From NCBI GenBank assembly GCA_030525795.1, contig JAUNEB010000003.1, positions 1,179 to 65,178 on the forward strand: a stretch of DNA of 64,000 bases, given 5' to 3'. This stretch comes from Aerococcaceae bacterium (GTDB taxonomy: Bacteria; Bacillota; Bacilli; Lactobacillales; Aerococcaceae). The notes below the pieces were generated by a model. The model was not told the origin of the DNA. It worked only from the letters and a program-made list of their open reading frames with translations, and did not search any database. Position numbers and translations under genes: made by a program. Shown one piece after another: positions 48,645 to 58,444 of the stretch (its first letter is position 1; every line of letters begins with the position of its first letter).

Positions 48645-50538
48645 TACGTCCACCCCCTTCAAACAACTCTAATTCGCGGTTACTTGCCGATACATCTAAC
48701 TCAAAGGACTGCGCACCTGTAATGCTGAATAAGCACCTTCCTTGCGGATAAGTCGCAATCCGTGACAACTGATTATCCGTAATATCAAATTGCGTGAGAC
48801 GCCTTAAATGCTCAATTTTAGAACTGTCAATTTGGAAGAAAAACTTGTATTGAGAAAAGGCGTAAATATCACGCAAAATCTCAGCAACATCTTGTTCTAA
48901 AACTTCAGGTGCAATACTCGTAATCGATTGCGTCGCCAACAAGACACCCACAAACAATTTACGTCCTTCACGTTGCATCGTGTTCACAAATTTACTTGCA
49001 CGTTTATTATCTTTATTAATGATATTGTGACATTCATCAATATACAGCATCGAGCGTAACAGCTCATCGAAACGAATCTCACGCTTGCGATAACGTCTGC
49101 TTTGTTCTTTGCCGTGATTGATTAAAGACGCCCAAAATAAGTTGAGCGCATTGAATAACTGCGCATCGATAATCACTTGGCTTTCTAATGCTAACAAACC
49201 ATCAATATTGAAAAACAAAATCTGTTCTGTTAAGACGTTCTCAACTGTCGTGTAACCGTCAAATAATTGTCCATAACTATTTTTGAGCTTTTCCATCGTC
49301 CACAAAATCTTTTCAATATATTGACGTTTAGCAGCTGTATAAGAAGCGTTATGAAATTCCTTCGATAACAATTCTACAAAGTCCGATAACGTCGGATAAG
49401 CGTCATTTGAACGGTTCGTAAAGTTACTTTGGCTACCTTGCCAGATAAAGTTAAATTGCTCATATAACAACGTCACCATCGATTCAAAAATATCCAATTC
49501 GCTATCGTCAACCTTTGGTTTCAAAATCGAATACCAGGAAGCCAACTTTCCTTTTTGTTGCGCCAAACACGTCTGTTCATCCACTTGAAGTGTATGTGAA
49601 TGAATAGCAGTAGGAAAAATTTGAAAGATATTGATTTTCCCTTCTGAACCATCTAATGACACGTAGGAAGCGCCTAGATAATCCAATACGCTTCGATACT
49701 CTCCTGACTTATCAAACCCACGTAACACATACCCACGAGCCGCTTGATTGACTAAAATCTTTTTAATCAACGTTGACTTACCGCCCCCTGGTTCGCCAAA
49801 TACTAAAATATTGTATTGTTTACGTGCAACACCATCGAGTTCAAATACATCAACGCATACATTACCGCCCGTCAAAGAGTAACCCAAGTGCATCCCACGT
49901 GGATCCATCAAGGATACATGGTTCGCAGGAAACGTCCACTTAACTTGTGAGGAAGGGACATCCCGTCCAATGCGTTTATTCGGTAAATACGTTTGTGCGT
50001 TATGGTCTAAAAAGAGACTTTGGTATTCGTATTCTTGTTCAAGCAATAACACCGTTGACCCAAATTCGTTTTTCTCCAATTGTTTGCGTATATCTGCCAC
50101 ACGTTTTTCTAAATCCAACAACGTATCCGCATAAACCACCACGCGCGATGCCATGAACTTCATCACTTCTTGATTTTTACGCAGCAACGTCGCAATCGTG
50201 TTCAACTCAATAAATTCTTCTTTGGCAATCTGACGCTCATACGCTTCACGCTCTTGTTGCCATCGACCAAATTGTTCTCGGATTGCTAAACGCAACTTCT
50301 TTAACGCAACGCCCGATTCCTGATAAGCAATATCGGTGATGACAAACGTTCCTGGTAAATTATGGAGTTCTTTTTGCCATAAGCCATGCGTCTCGCTAGG
50401 GTATTGCCAAATATACAACGTCGTAAAATAGCCGTTTCCTATTTGAGTCGCATTATCTAAAAACTGTAAATTCCCCACAGGTTGCGTACTCAGCAACAAA
50501 TCTAAATCTTTTGCTTTTTGAGCATCTGTTTTTTCCAT
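48631..50538 (-). CDS. VirB4-like conjugation ATPase (TrsE-like)
   Basis: GEPGGGKST Walker A, YIDECH Walker B, REGRK, LATQS. Confidence 0.9.
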   Translation of the reverse strand: MEKTDAQKAKDLDLLLSTQPVGNLQFLDNATQIGNGYFTTLYIWQYPSETHGLWQKELHNLPGTFVITDIAYQESGVALKKLRLAIREQFGRWQQEREAYERQIAKEEFIELNTIATLLRKNQEVMKFMASRVVVYADTLLDLEKRVADIRKQLEKNEFGSTVLLLEQEYEYQSLFLDHNAQTYLPNKRIGRDVPSSQVKWTFPANHVSLMDPRGMHLGYSLTGGNVCVDVFELDGVARKQYNILVFGEPGGGKSTLIKKILVNQAARGYVLRGFDKSGEYRSVLDYLGASYVSLDGSEGKINIFQIFPTAIHSHTLQVDEQTCLAQQKGKLASWYSILKPKVDDSELDIFESMVTLLYEQFNFIWQGSQSNFTNRSNDAYPTLSDFVELLSKEFHNASYTAAKRQYIEKILWTMEKLKNSYGQLFDGYTTVENVLTEQILFFNIDGLLALESQVIIDAQLFNALNLFWASLINHGKEQSRRYRKREIRFDELLRSMLYIDECHNIINKDNKRASKFVNTMQREGRKLFVGVLLATQSITSIAPEVLEQDVAEILRDIYAFSQYKFFFQIDSSKIEHLRRLTQFDITDNQLSRIATYPQGRCLFSITGAQSFELDVSASNRELELFEGGGRNAED

Positions 50539-50551
50539 GTAGTCCTCCTTT

Positions 50552-51190
50552 CTAATCTTCTAATAACACTTTCAGCATCGGATTATTTAACTTAAATAAC
50601 ACCGCTTTTTTCTTACGATACGGAATAGATAGTATTTTAAGCACTCCTGAATAGCGTAAAAAGTCCTCTCGGCATTCTCGGATTTCTTCCAACGTATCGG
50701 CATAAATAAAAATAAAGAACTCTTTGTTAAGTTCATGTTCTGAAAAGTATTTCATTTCATAGTAGCTCGTCATCAATTCCTTTTTATACAAAGGATTGTC
50801 CGTTTGTTGCGCTAAATTCAAATAATAGCGCTGTTGCGCCATTGTATCTAATGGCGTATAAATCGTGACGACTTTGAACGGATACACGTACAATCGATTC
50901 AGTTCATCGTACGCATGTAAGACACGTTCTAAGTGATCGCCCATTGCATCCAGGTTATACCCTTGAAGTTGGAAAATTTCCATGAATCGCCCTTTAGATA
51001 CGATAAAATTTTCTGTTCCAATGACCCCTGTATAAGGCAATAGATCAAAGGTTGTCTTTTTAACCGACGTGGGACGTTTTAATTTGTTTTTCAACCGTTC
51101 TCGTAACGTCAAACGAATTTCGTCGTCACTGTCTAATAACCGCTGTTTTTTGAGGGCTTGTTCTTGTTTATTTGTATCTAAATATCCCAC
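50552..51190 (-). CDS. TrsD/TraD-like conjugal transfer protein
   Basis: Position before VirB4; KEFFIFIYAD and LFKLNNP patterns. Confidence 0.65.
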   Translation of the reverse strand: MGYLDTNKQEQALKKQRLLDSDDEIRLTLRERLKNKLKRPTSVKKTTFDLLPYTGVIGTENFIVSKGRFMEIFQLQGYNLDAMGDHLERVLHAYDELNRLYVYPFKVVTIYTPLDTMAQQRYYLNLAQQTDNPLYKKELMTSYYEMKYFSEHELNKEFFIFIYADTLEEIRECREDFLRYSGVLKILSIPYRKKKAVLFKLNNPMLKVLLED

Positions 51191-51203
51191 ATGATTCCCT
51201 CCT

Positions 51204-51572
51204 TTATGGCATGTCTAAATCCGCAGTATCTAGGAAGTCTTCTGCTGCTACTGCGTGTAAATCATCGGATTGTAAATAGTTCAATTCGCCTTTGGTTACC
51301 ATTCGATACAATTCCTTATCGCGCTTAAAGGCAAACCATAACACAATCACATTCCGCTTAAATGGGTTACTTTTAGGACGGTAAATCGCAATCAATGCCA
51401 CAAGCGGAACGGTAATCGCATACGTCCATTTTAAGAATGGTTGCCTAAAGTAATCCATCGTAGAAGTAATTAAAAACCACAAGGCAAGAATTACTCCTGC
51501 ATCAAACAACGTCAAAAAACGGTAGAGTTTGGCTTCGGGTGATAAGGTAGAAATTAAACGACGACTATACAT
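51204..51572 (-). CDS. Two-TM conjugation protein (TrsC/VirB3-like)
   Basis: Two TM helices, PKSNPFKRN; position in the operon. Confidence 0.6.
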   Translation of the reverse strand: MYSRRLISTLSPEAKLYRFLTLFDAGVILALWFLITSTMDYFRQPFLKWTYAITVPLVALIAIYRPKSNPFKRNVIVLWFAFKRDKELYRMVTKGELNYLQSDDLHAVAAEDFLDTADLDMP

Positions 51573-52029
51573 GCTTGGCTCCTTTCACAAATACAATCCA
51601 TCTAGTTGCCCCACGTTGGTCACCAAAAAGCGGGCGATACTTAATCCTGGCCAACACATCTGTAACTTTTATCTGAATATCTGACCACTTAAAAATAAGT
51701 GTCCCTGTCGGCTTCAAAACACGCATACATTCATCAAATCCTTTACTAATATCTTCTGGCCAGCTATTTTTATCCAATCTTCCATACTGCGCTTTCATAA
51801 CCGAATTAGGACCTGCCCATATCAAATGTGGGGGATCGAATACAACTAAATCAAATGTATTATCTTCAAACGGCATGTATCTAAAATCTGCAACAACATC
51901 TGGTTGCACGTCGATTTTCTTGCCGTGAATTTTAAACTGTTCTTGTCGAATATCCATAAACGTTGTATAAGGATTATTTTTGTCATACCAAAACAATTTG
52001 CTACCACAGCACGCATCAAGTATCTTCAT
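51565..52029 (-). CDS. Phage-type class I SAM-dependent (probable DNA amino-) methyltransferase
   Basis: ILDACCGS motif I, VFDPPH motif IV, RVLKPTG. Confidence 0.85.
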   Translation of the reverse strand: MKILDACCGSKLFWYDKNNPYTTFMDIRQEQFKIHGKKIDVQPDVVADFRYMPFEDNTFDLVVFDPPHLIWAGPNSVMKAQYGRLDKNSWPEDISKGFDECMRVLKPTGTLIFKWSDIQIKVTDVLARIKYRPLFGDQRGATRWIVFVKGAKHV

Positions 52030-52059
52030 TATGTTCTCCTCTCTGAAAAAATCTGTTTA

Positions 52060-52080
52060 TTTTTGCCAGCATGGCAAAAA
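52060..52080. repeat. Palindrome copy 8 (reverse core orientation)
   Basis: TTTTTGCCAGCATGGCAAAAA. Confidence 0.95.
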
Positions 52081-52095
52081 TTGCCATTATCTAGC

Positions 52096-53916
52096 TTACT
52101 TAGACTGAAGCTCATCCAAATCAGGGAGTTTATCTGCTTTAGGCTGTGTCGCCCCGCCTGGATTTGCCTCATCTCTTGGAGAATGCGGTCGTTGACTTCG
52201 AGGCGACGATACATCTGCTGATGACGCTGCACTTGAACCAGGTGTCGACGATACAGAACTTGAAGAAGAATGGCTGCCGCTTTCCTTGAATGCCTCCGCC
52301 ACACGTTCCGCATGGTCACGTGCAGTCATATTGTCTCGATGAGTAGCCGAGTCCGTTGAAGTAGATGAATGACTAGATTCGGCTGAAGCTGAGTCGGTTT
52401 GAGAACCGCTCGTTGGTGACGCATTCGATCCAGATTGCTCTGACATTCCTTGTTTTTTCAATTCATTTTGCACATATTGGTCTCGTTCGTTTGCTTTAGC
52501 ACTGCCGCCTCCTGAAGTTGAAGAACTGCCACCTGCACCGCCTTGTCCGCTGAAGGCTTTCCAATCGTTCCACATTCCTTTGCCCTTTTCAGCCATTTTG
52601 CCGATGCCTTCTTTGATACTACTTGCACCGCCTTTTGCTCGGTCAACTAAATTACCAACACCTTGCGCCGCTTGTGTGCTTGCAATGAGTGTTCCTAACA
52701 TCCCTTGTGTCATGGAACGTAACCCTGCATCCACACCCGTCAATGTTTGCGCAATGTTTGGTCCGTCAACTGCTGCTAATGCGAGTCCAAATTGTACAAT
52801 CGCAGAAGTAAATCCACTCATGTCAGTCTCCGCAAGTGCTAATTGAATCGCGGTATAACTCCCTAAAACTAATCCACCAAAGACAATGGATATAGCTGCA
52901 TTTTTGATATTTTCAATAATTTTAAGGAGCTTTTGTGCACGTGTTAAATCACTGAACGCATACAGCGGCAAGATTGTTTGAGAATAGACAATTTCAAACA
53001 ACAACTTGACAAATTTAATCGAACTAATGGCATAGACCAAGAACAGTGTTGCTAAATAGGCAATGACCGCAAAACTATTCATTTTGTAACGATAATAATG
53101 ACGTGGAATATGTAGCCACGACACTTGTTGAATCGGAATCAACAACAAATCATTATTCAACCCCATCGTCACCGTGTATTCAAATAAAGTAGGCGGAACG
53201 TTCCCTTTTGCAGCTTCTAACTCCGCAATGGTACTACTAATGTCAATCGATAGCCCACCCGAAATCGCAGCCCATTCCTGATTGTTCCTTATAGCGTCAT
53301 ATTCTTCATCTTCACTATGATCAACCACTCGATTTGTTTGATCGATTTTAGTAATCGTTTCCGCATAATCAAAAAACGTGAGATTCCCTTTATTCAAATG
53401 GGTATGCCCTTTTTCTGGATCAAAGTCATTATCCAATAGTTTATACAAGTCATACGTATTTTGATTGATGACCGAATATAAATAGCTTTGATCCTGAGAC
53501 GTTCCTGTGTATAATTCTTTGGCGATATTGACGCTAGTTGTCATAATTTGGATCACTAAACTTGCACTCAATGCCATGACACCTGCCCCTAGCGCCAAGT
53601 TCTCCATTAAGGCATAGCCATCACCTTTTTTATCCACCATTCGACGGATTGCATAAAACGTTAAACTCAATACCCCAATGCCATACGCAACGCCATTGAA
53701 CGTATTCATAAATTTGATGACTTCTGCATTCTCCAATAAAATGCGTAAATCCAGCACTTCTAGAATAACCGTCTGGATACCTTCAACCGCCCATATCAAT
53801 AGTTCAATTATTGTTTGAACCGCCCATCTCCAAGGCGTAAAGAAAATATTGTCCAATTGAAAATAGTCTTTATGACGAATCAAGGTGTCATAAATGAGTT
53901 GTTGTGCTTCATCCAT
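52096..53916 (-). CDS. VirB6-like polytopic conjugation protein (pLS20 p028-like)
   Basis: Multiple TM helices, DGPNIAQTLTGVDAGL motif, Ser/Gly-rich tail. Confidence 0.8.
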   Translation of the reverse strand: MDEAQQLIYDTLIRHKDYFQLDNIFFTPWRWAVQTIIELLIWAVEGIQTVILEVLDLRILLENAEVIKFMNTFNGVAYGIGVLSLTFYAIRRMVDKKGDGYALMENLALGAGVMALSASLVIQIMTTSVNIAKELYTGTSQDQSYLYSVINQNTYDLYKLLDNDFDPEKGHTHLNKGNLTFFDYAETITKIDQTNRVVDHSEDEEYDAIRNNQEWAAISGGLSIDISSTIAELEAAKGNVPPTLFEYTVTMGLNNDLLLIPIQQVSWLHIPRHYYRYKMNSFAVIAYLATLFLVYAISSIKFVKLLFEIVYSQTILPLYAFSDLTRAQKLLKIIENIKNAAISIVFGGLVLGSYTAIQLALAETDMSGFTSAIVQFGLALAAVDGPNIAQTLTGVDAGLRSMTQGMLGTLIASTQAAQGVGNLVDRAKGGASSIKEGIGKMAEKGKGMWNDWKAFSGQGGAGGSSSTSGGGSAKANERDQYVQNELKKQGMSEQSGSNASPTSGSQTDSASAESSHSSTSTDSATHRDNMTARDHAERVAEAFKESGSHSSSSSVSSTPGSSAASSADVSSPRSQRPHSPRDEANPGGATQPKADKLPDLDELQSK

Positions 53917-56089
53917 CCGCTTCCCCCTTTACTTGTAACGTCGCAAATTGTTGCGGATACCGTGCGATAAACGCCTGAAGCGTTGGTTCACTGTCAATCG
54001 TTTCAAATTCTTCAACCAATTCGTTGAAGTAGTAATGCACCCGTTGGGATACCGTTTGATAGAGTGGCAAGTCCTCTAACGATACGGTATCGAGTTGTTG
54101 ATCACTAAATTGTGTTTCATCAAGTAACGGCATATCGGTTGCATAACGCGCAAATGCGTGTAATCCTTCTGCCTGCATGGTTGTTTCCACCTCCTGTATG
54201 GATTGTTCAATGCTATTTGCTCCATGTGCTTGTTGCGCTTGTTTGACGCGCCGTTGAATCACACGTTGAAAATAGCTTAATTGTTCCGTACTCCAATTTT
54301 GGTTGTGATGTTTTCGGATATTGAGTTTATCGTGATGAACGCGTTGAAACACGTCATCCAAATAAGTATATGCCGTCAAAATACGACTGTTTCCATGATT
54401 GAAAATAGGATACGGAATTTGATCTTCCCGTTGTTCGTTTTTACGTTTCGTTCGATAAATCACCCACTCCCCTTCGAGGAGATTCGCTAATTCATTAGGA
54501 AACATGAGCGGGCGTGTTTCGACTTGTTCACTAATCGATTTGTTGAACCCCCACCAATGCCCCGAACGGCTCTTTTGAGTCACTTCACGATTTCCCAACT
54601 TTTTAGACATCCATTCTTGCGTATCCTGGTTGGAAGACGTAATAAAGATGACATTCATCATCTGGCTTTCGAGGAAGGTTGCTAAATCAGCGCCGTAAGT
54701 AATTTTGAGTTGGACTAAATCTTGAACGTAAAAATCAAATAACATCCCACGTCCCCCACCAACTGAAACCATTGACCCCATACTATTAAAAGCAGGTAAA
54801 TTCCCAAACTCATTCAAAATAAATCGAATCCGTTTAGGCAGTCGATCTCCATGTTGGCTCGCATGTTTGGATAAGTAGTAATAACACTGCTCAATCCATG
54901 TTGTCGCAATGTTGTAGTTTGTTTTCGTATAGTCTGGCAGCAAAATGAATACCGCGTAAGGTTGTTCTGACTGTACTAAATTCTCAAAATCGAAGGTAGT
55001 ATGATTCATCATGCGGACAACTTTAGGCGCGACAAACTTTTGAAGTCGTGATAAGGTTGTTCCCAACACAGACGAACGCATTTGTCCCGTTGTAACCCCA
55101 ATCGTCGCATATTCTTGTCTGGCTGGATTATCTAGCGGCAACGTATTGAAGTAATCATCCAATAACGTCCGTGTTTCAGACTTCGTTTGATACGTTCCTG
55201 ATAATTCAATCAGCATCGAGATAACAGAACCTAATGTAATGAGTTCTGTCTTTTGTTCATGTTCTTTGTCAGAGGATAAAAACTCATGGCATAACGCCAA
55301 AATACACGCATTAACCATCGCCATCGATAAATTGTTCCAAATAGGGTCTTTCACGTTAATCACGTCATATAAGGGCTGTGTAAACGTCTTACACAATTCA
55401 ACCGCTTCATCAATATCACCTGCCGCATAGGCTTTCGATATTAAATCTAACGGACTGTATCCGAAAGAACAATCTAAATCAACTAAGTTCAGCACTTCAA
55501 CAATATACCCTCGTAATTCTAGTTCTTGTTTCGTTTTCTCCAACGTGTCATATTTAACCGTCGAATAAATGATATGTGGTTGTTCTTCACTACGTGAAAT
55601 CAGCTCTAATTCAGGTAAGGCTTTCGTCTCATCCTTTCCGCTTCGTGTACGCCCAATCGTCAAGGAATGCACGTCGTCCGTATCAACAAATGCGGTATCA
55701 TCTTGTTTAGAAATAAACGCCCCTGATAAACCAGGATAGCACTCAACTTCACCGTCTGCATTGTATAACGGATAATACGGAACTGCTTTATACGTCTGTC
55801 TCACTTCTGCATCCGTAGAAAAGCGACTCGTTGCCTTATTGCCTGCTTGTAGCGAACCAAATTGCGCTTCAAATTGATAATAAGCACGTACTACAATCAT
55901 CCCAACAAACCCAAACAATAATAGATAACCTGGTACATACTGATTGGAAGGCGTCATCAATAGCGCCCACAAACCCGTACTCCCTTGTCGCAAAGTTAAA
56001 TAGCGCCAAGAGTTGAACAATAGATTCGTAATCAAGTACGTTAAAACGGTTGTCCCCAATAGTAGCGCTTTCCAATGTTTCACCGACAT
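53909..56089 (-). CDS. VirD4-like type IV coupling protein
   Basis: Two N-terminal TM helices, GRTRSGK, FILNEFGNLP, VQDLVQL, RPLMFPNEL. Confidence 0.9.
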   Translation of the reverse strand: MSVKHWKALLLGTTVLTYLITNLLFNSWRYLTLRQGSTGLWALLMTPSNQYVPGYLLLFGFVGMIVVRAYYQFEAQFGSLQAGNKATSRFSTDAEVRQTYKAVPYYPLYNADGEVECYPGLSGAFISKQDDTAFVDTDDVHSLTIGRTRSGKDETKALPELELISRSEEQPHIIYSTVKYDTLEKTKQELELRGYIVEVLNLVDLDCSFGYSPLDLISKAYAAGDIDEAVELCKTFTQPLYDVINVKDPIWNNLSMAMVNACILALCHEFLSSDKEHEQKTELITLGSVISMLIELSGTYQTKSETRTLLDDYFNTLPLDNPARQEYATIGVTTGQMRSSVLGTTLSRLQKFVAPKVVRMMNHTTFDFENLVQSEQPYAVFILLPDYTKTNYNIATTWIEQCYYYLSKHASQHGDRLPKRIRFILNEFGNLPAFNSMGSMVSVGGGRGMLFDFYVQDLVQLKITYGADLATFLESQMMNVIFITSSNQDTQEWMSKKLGNREVTQKSRSGHWWGFNKSISEQVETRPLMFPNELANLLEGEWVIYRTKRKNEQREDQIPYPIFNHGNSRILTAYTYLDDVFQRVHHDKLNIRKHHNQNWSTEQLSYFQRVIQRRVKQAQQAHGANSIEQSIQEVETTMQAEGLHAFARYATDMPLLDETQFSDQQLDTVSLEDLPLYQTVSQRVHYYFNELVEEFETIDSEPTLQAFIARYPQQFATLQVKGEADG

Positions 56090-56128
56090 CCTCCTTTCTC
56101 GCTTACCAGCATGGCAAACCCCTCTCTT

Positions 56129-56437
56129 TTACAACGTCAATTCGGCTTCGATTGTTTGTTGCGGTTGCTTTCTTTGTTCCTGTTTTAAGGATTGTGTTTC
56201 CTGCTGCATCAAATAATGATCTACACCTGTTGTAATATCCATACACGTCTGCAAGGTACTCTCCAACAACTCTAACCGTTCTTCAGGTGACATCTTGCTC
56301 GAATATGCTTGTAAGTAATTCAAACTATAATCGTTCGGCGATTGTCCATAATACTGCAATACAATCGTCGCAACCCCTTGCGCTTGAATTTCTTGAAGTT
56401 GCGCTTGTTTTTCTTCAATTGTTTTTTTCTGGTACAT
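56129..56437 (-). pseudogene. Internally deleted ArdC/LtrC-like protein remnant
   Basis: N-terminal KKTIEEKQAQL fused directly to a C-terminal-type EIQAQGVATIVLQYYG...DYSLNYL motif. Confidence 0.45.
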
Positions 56438-56678
56438 ACTCCGTCACCTCGTCGCAAAGAATCGCTTGTGTTGTATCGGTTAATGAAAAACACAATGTCG
56501 TAGTGCTTAATGCCAAAAATAACAAACGTTCCGTATCACAAATCTCTTGAAGTAAGGTGCGTTCTTGAGGGTTTTGAGAAAAGAAAGTTTGCATCGATGC
56601 ACGATACTGTTTGTCTGAAGCAACCAAATGCAGATCATCGTTAATCACTTCATGAACATAAACTGGAATAAGTGTCAT
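56415..56678 (-). CDS. Hypothetical protein
   Basis: AAGGGGA RBS before MTLIPV; palindrome copy just upstream. Confidence 0.6.
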   Translation of the reverse strand: MTLIPVYVHEVINDDLHLVASDKQYRASMQTFFSQNPQERTLLQEICDTERLLFLALSTTTLCFSLTDTTQAILCDEVTEYVPEKNN

Positions 56679-56757
56679 CTTAATCATCCCCTTTTTCATT
56701 TGCCATGCTGGCAAAAAATACGCCCAAGTAATCACTTACTTGGGCAATTGTTATTAA

Positions 56758-58398
56758 TTAGTGTGACGTTGATGCTTTTTCATAAACATGTGCATCGCCT
56801 TCCGTTCCCTTATAAACATATCCATTTTCAAGTAATTGTAAATGTTCTTCAGGAAGCGGCACTGTTGGCTCAACTTCTGTTGTTGGGCTTGCTTCAGCTA
56901 CTTCAACCGTGTCTTGTGGTTGAGGCTCACTTCCAACCTCCGCTGCGTCCACAGGTACTTCCGCTTCTAATGCAGCAACGGAAGCTACTTCATCCACAGT
57001 AGCTTCCGTTACAGAGGCTGTACTGTCGACTACTTCTGAGGTCACAACTTCCTCAGCTACTACTGGCTCGATAGCGGGTTGAACTGCCGCAAACGTTACA
57101 TCAAAATGTGTCCGTCCTTGTTCATCCACTTTCTCAGCGACTTCAAACGTTACTGCTTTACCTTCAGCATAACGTGTTGCGAATGTTGTTGCAGATGCTT
57201 CGTCCAAGAAGAAAGGCACTTCTTCTAATGTTTGATCCTGGAATGAAACCTCTGTATCGGCTTCATCAGGATTCGTTCCTAAGCTCGCTTCAACACCGTT
57301 CGTATAACCGTCTGCGTCATTATCTGCCAAAACATCGTATGTAGACGTCGTTGCCGCTTCAACCTGTTCAACAGGTTCAGTTGCAACAGCAACCGTCTCC
57401 TCAACGCTTGTTGTTTCGACGGGAGCTTCAACAACACCAACGGGTTCAACCTCTGGCGACGTTTCTGCAGCTACAACAACCGTTTCCGTTGTTTCATCTT
57501 GTGTCGATGCAACGGCTGCAATAGGCTCAGTTGTTGAAGCAGATTCTGCTGAAGTGGTTGTTGCGACTTCAGTTGCCGCTTCTTTAGATAGTTCGATTGC
57601 TGCAGGTGACGCTTGCGTCGATGCAACGACTGCAGCGGTTGTATCGATCACAACATCGCTTGGAGTTTCGGTTGAAGCAACTTCCGTTGATTCATGAGGT
57701 GTACTAGCTACCACTAATTCAACCGTTTCTTGATCGACTAACGCCACTACCTCGTTCAATGAGGCTACTTCTTGAACTGCTACCGTCTCCGCTCGCGCAA
57801 CCACTGCTTCTAATGTTTCGACAGGGGTTGTAGTAGGAGCTTCAACGCGTCCTACAATCTGTTCTAACTTATCTTGTTGAACAACAGCTTGTTCTTGGGA
57901 TAGCTGTGCTTCCGATTTTTGATACACTAATGCAAATTCATTCGTCTTATCCGTTGTAAACGTAATTGCTTGTTGTGACGCATTAAATGGAATTGTGCGA
58001 TACTCTGCATCAGGAGATAAAAATAAAATCTTTTCTAAGTTACCACGTAACTGTTCAGATTCCAATTTAATCTCTGTCGGCACATGCGTAACAGGATTGC
58101 CTGCTTCATCTACCAATCGGATTAACAATAAATCAAACGACGATTGATCCAATGTTTTAGGCAAGCGTCCCAATACCTCTTGAATGGTACGCGAATCCTT
58201 CACAACTTCAATATTCGCTTGATAGACGGCTGACGAGTGTTCAGATGACACTTTCACCGTGACCCCAAATTCGGTATTTTCAAACAACGAATATTGTTTC
58301 ATCGGTTGAACAATAGAGGCTGCTTCTGCAAGTACAACTTGTTGAAGCGGCACATTCCCTAACGCAATAACAGCGAGCGTTATGAGTTGTTTTTTCAT
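56758..58398 (-). CDS. Secreted acidic Ala/Thr/Glu/Val-rich protein with a DNDADG Ca-binding-like motif
   Basis: Signal peptide MKKQLITLAVIALG; low-complexity stalk; DNDADGYTNGVEASLGTNP. Confidence 0.75.
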   Translation of the reverse strand: MKKQLITLAVIALGNVPLQQVVLAEAASIVQPMKQYSLFENTEFGVTVKVSSEHSSAVYQANIEVVKDSRTIQEVLGRLPKTLDQSSFDLLLIRLVDEAGNPVTHVPTEIKLESEQLRGNLEKILFLSPDAEYRTIPFNASQQAITFTTDKTNEFALVYQKSEAQLSQEQAVVQQDKLEQIVGRVEAPTTTPVETLEAVVARAETVAVQEVASLNEVVALVDQETVELVVASTPHESTEVASTETPSDVVIDTTAAVVASTQASPAAIELSKEAATEVATTTSAESASTTEPIAAVASTQDETTETVVVAAETSPEVEPVGVVEAPVETTSVEETVAVATEPVEQVEAATTSTYDVLADNDADGYTNGVEASLGTNPDEADTEVSFQDQTLEEVPFFLDEASATTFATRYAEGKAVTFEVAEKVDEQGRTHFDVTFAAVQPAIEPVVAEEVVTSEVVDSTASVTEATVDEVASVAALEAEVPVDAAEVGSEPQPQDTVEVAEASPTTEVEPTVPLPEEHLQLLENGYVYKGTEGDAHVYEKASTSH

Positions 58399-58444
58399 AC
58401 ATTTTCCTTCTTTCTCGTTTGCCAGCATGGCAAACGTTATTTTA

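Noticed and set aside
52029-52319. 96-aa ORF before the methyltransferase
   Set aside because: Alternative frame of the low-complexity VirB6-like tail, crossing the palindrome.
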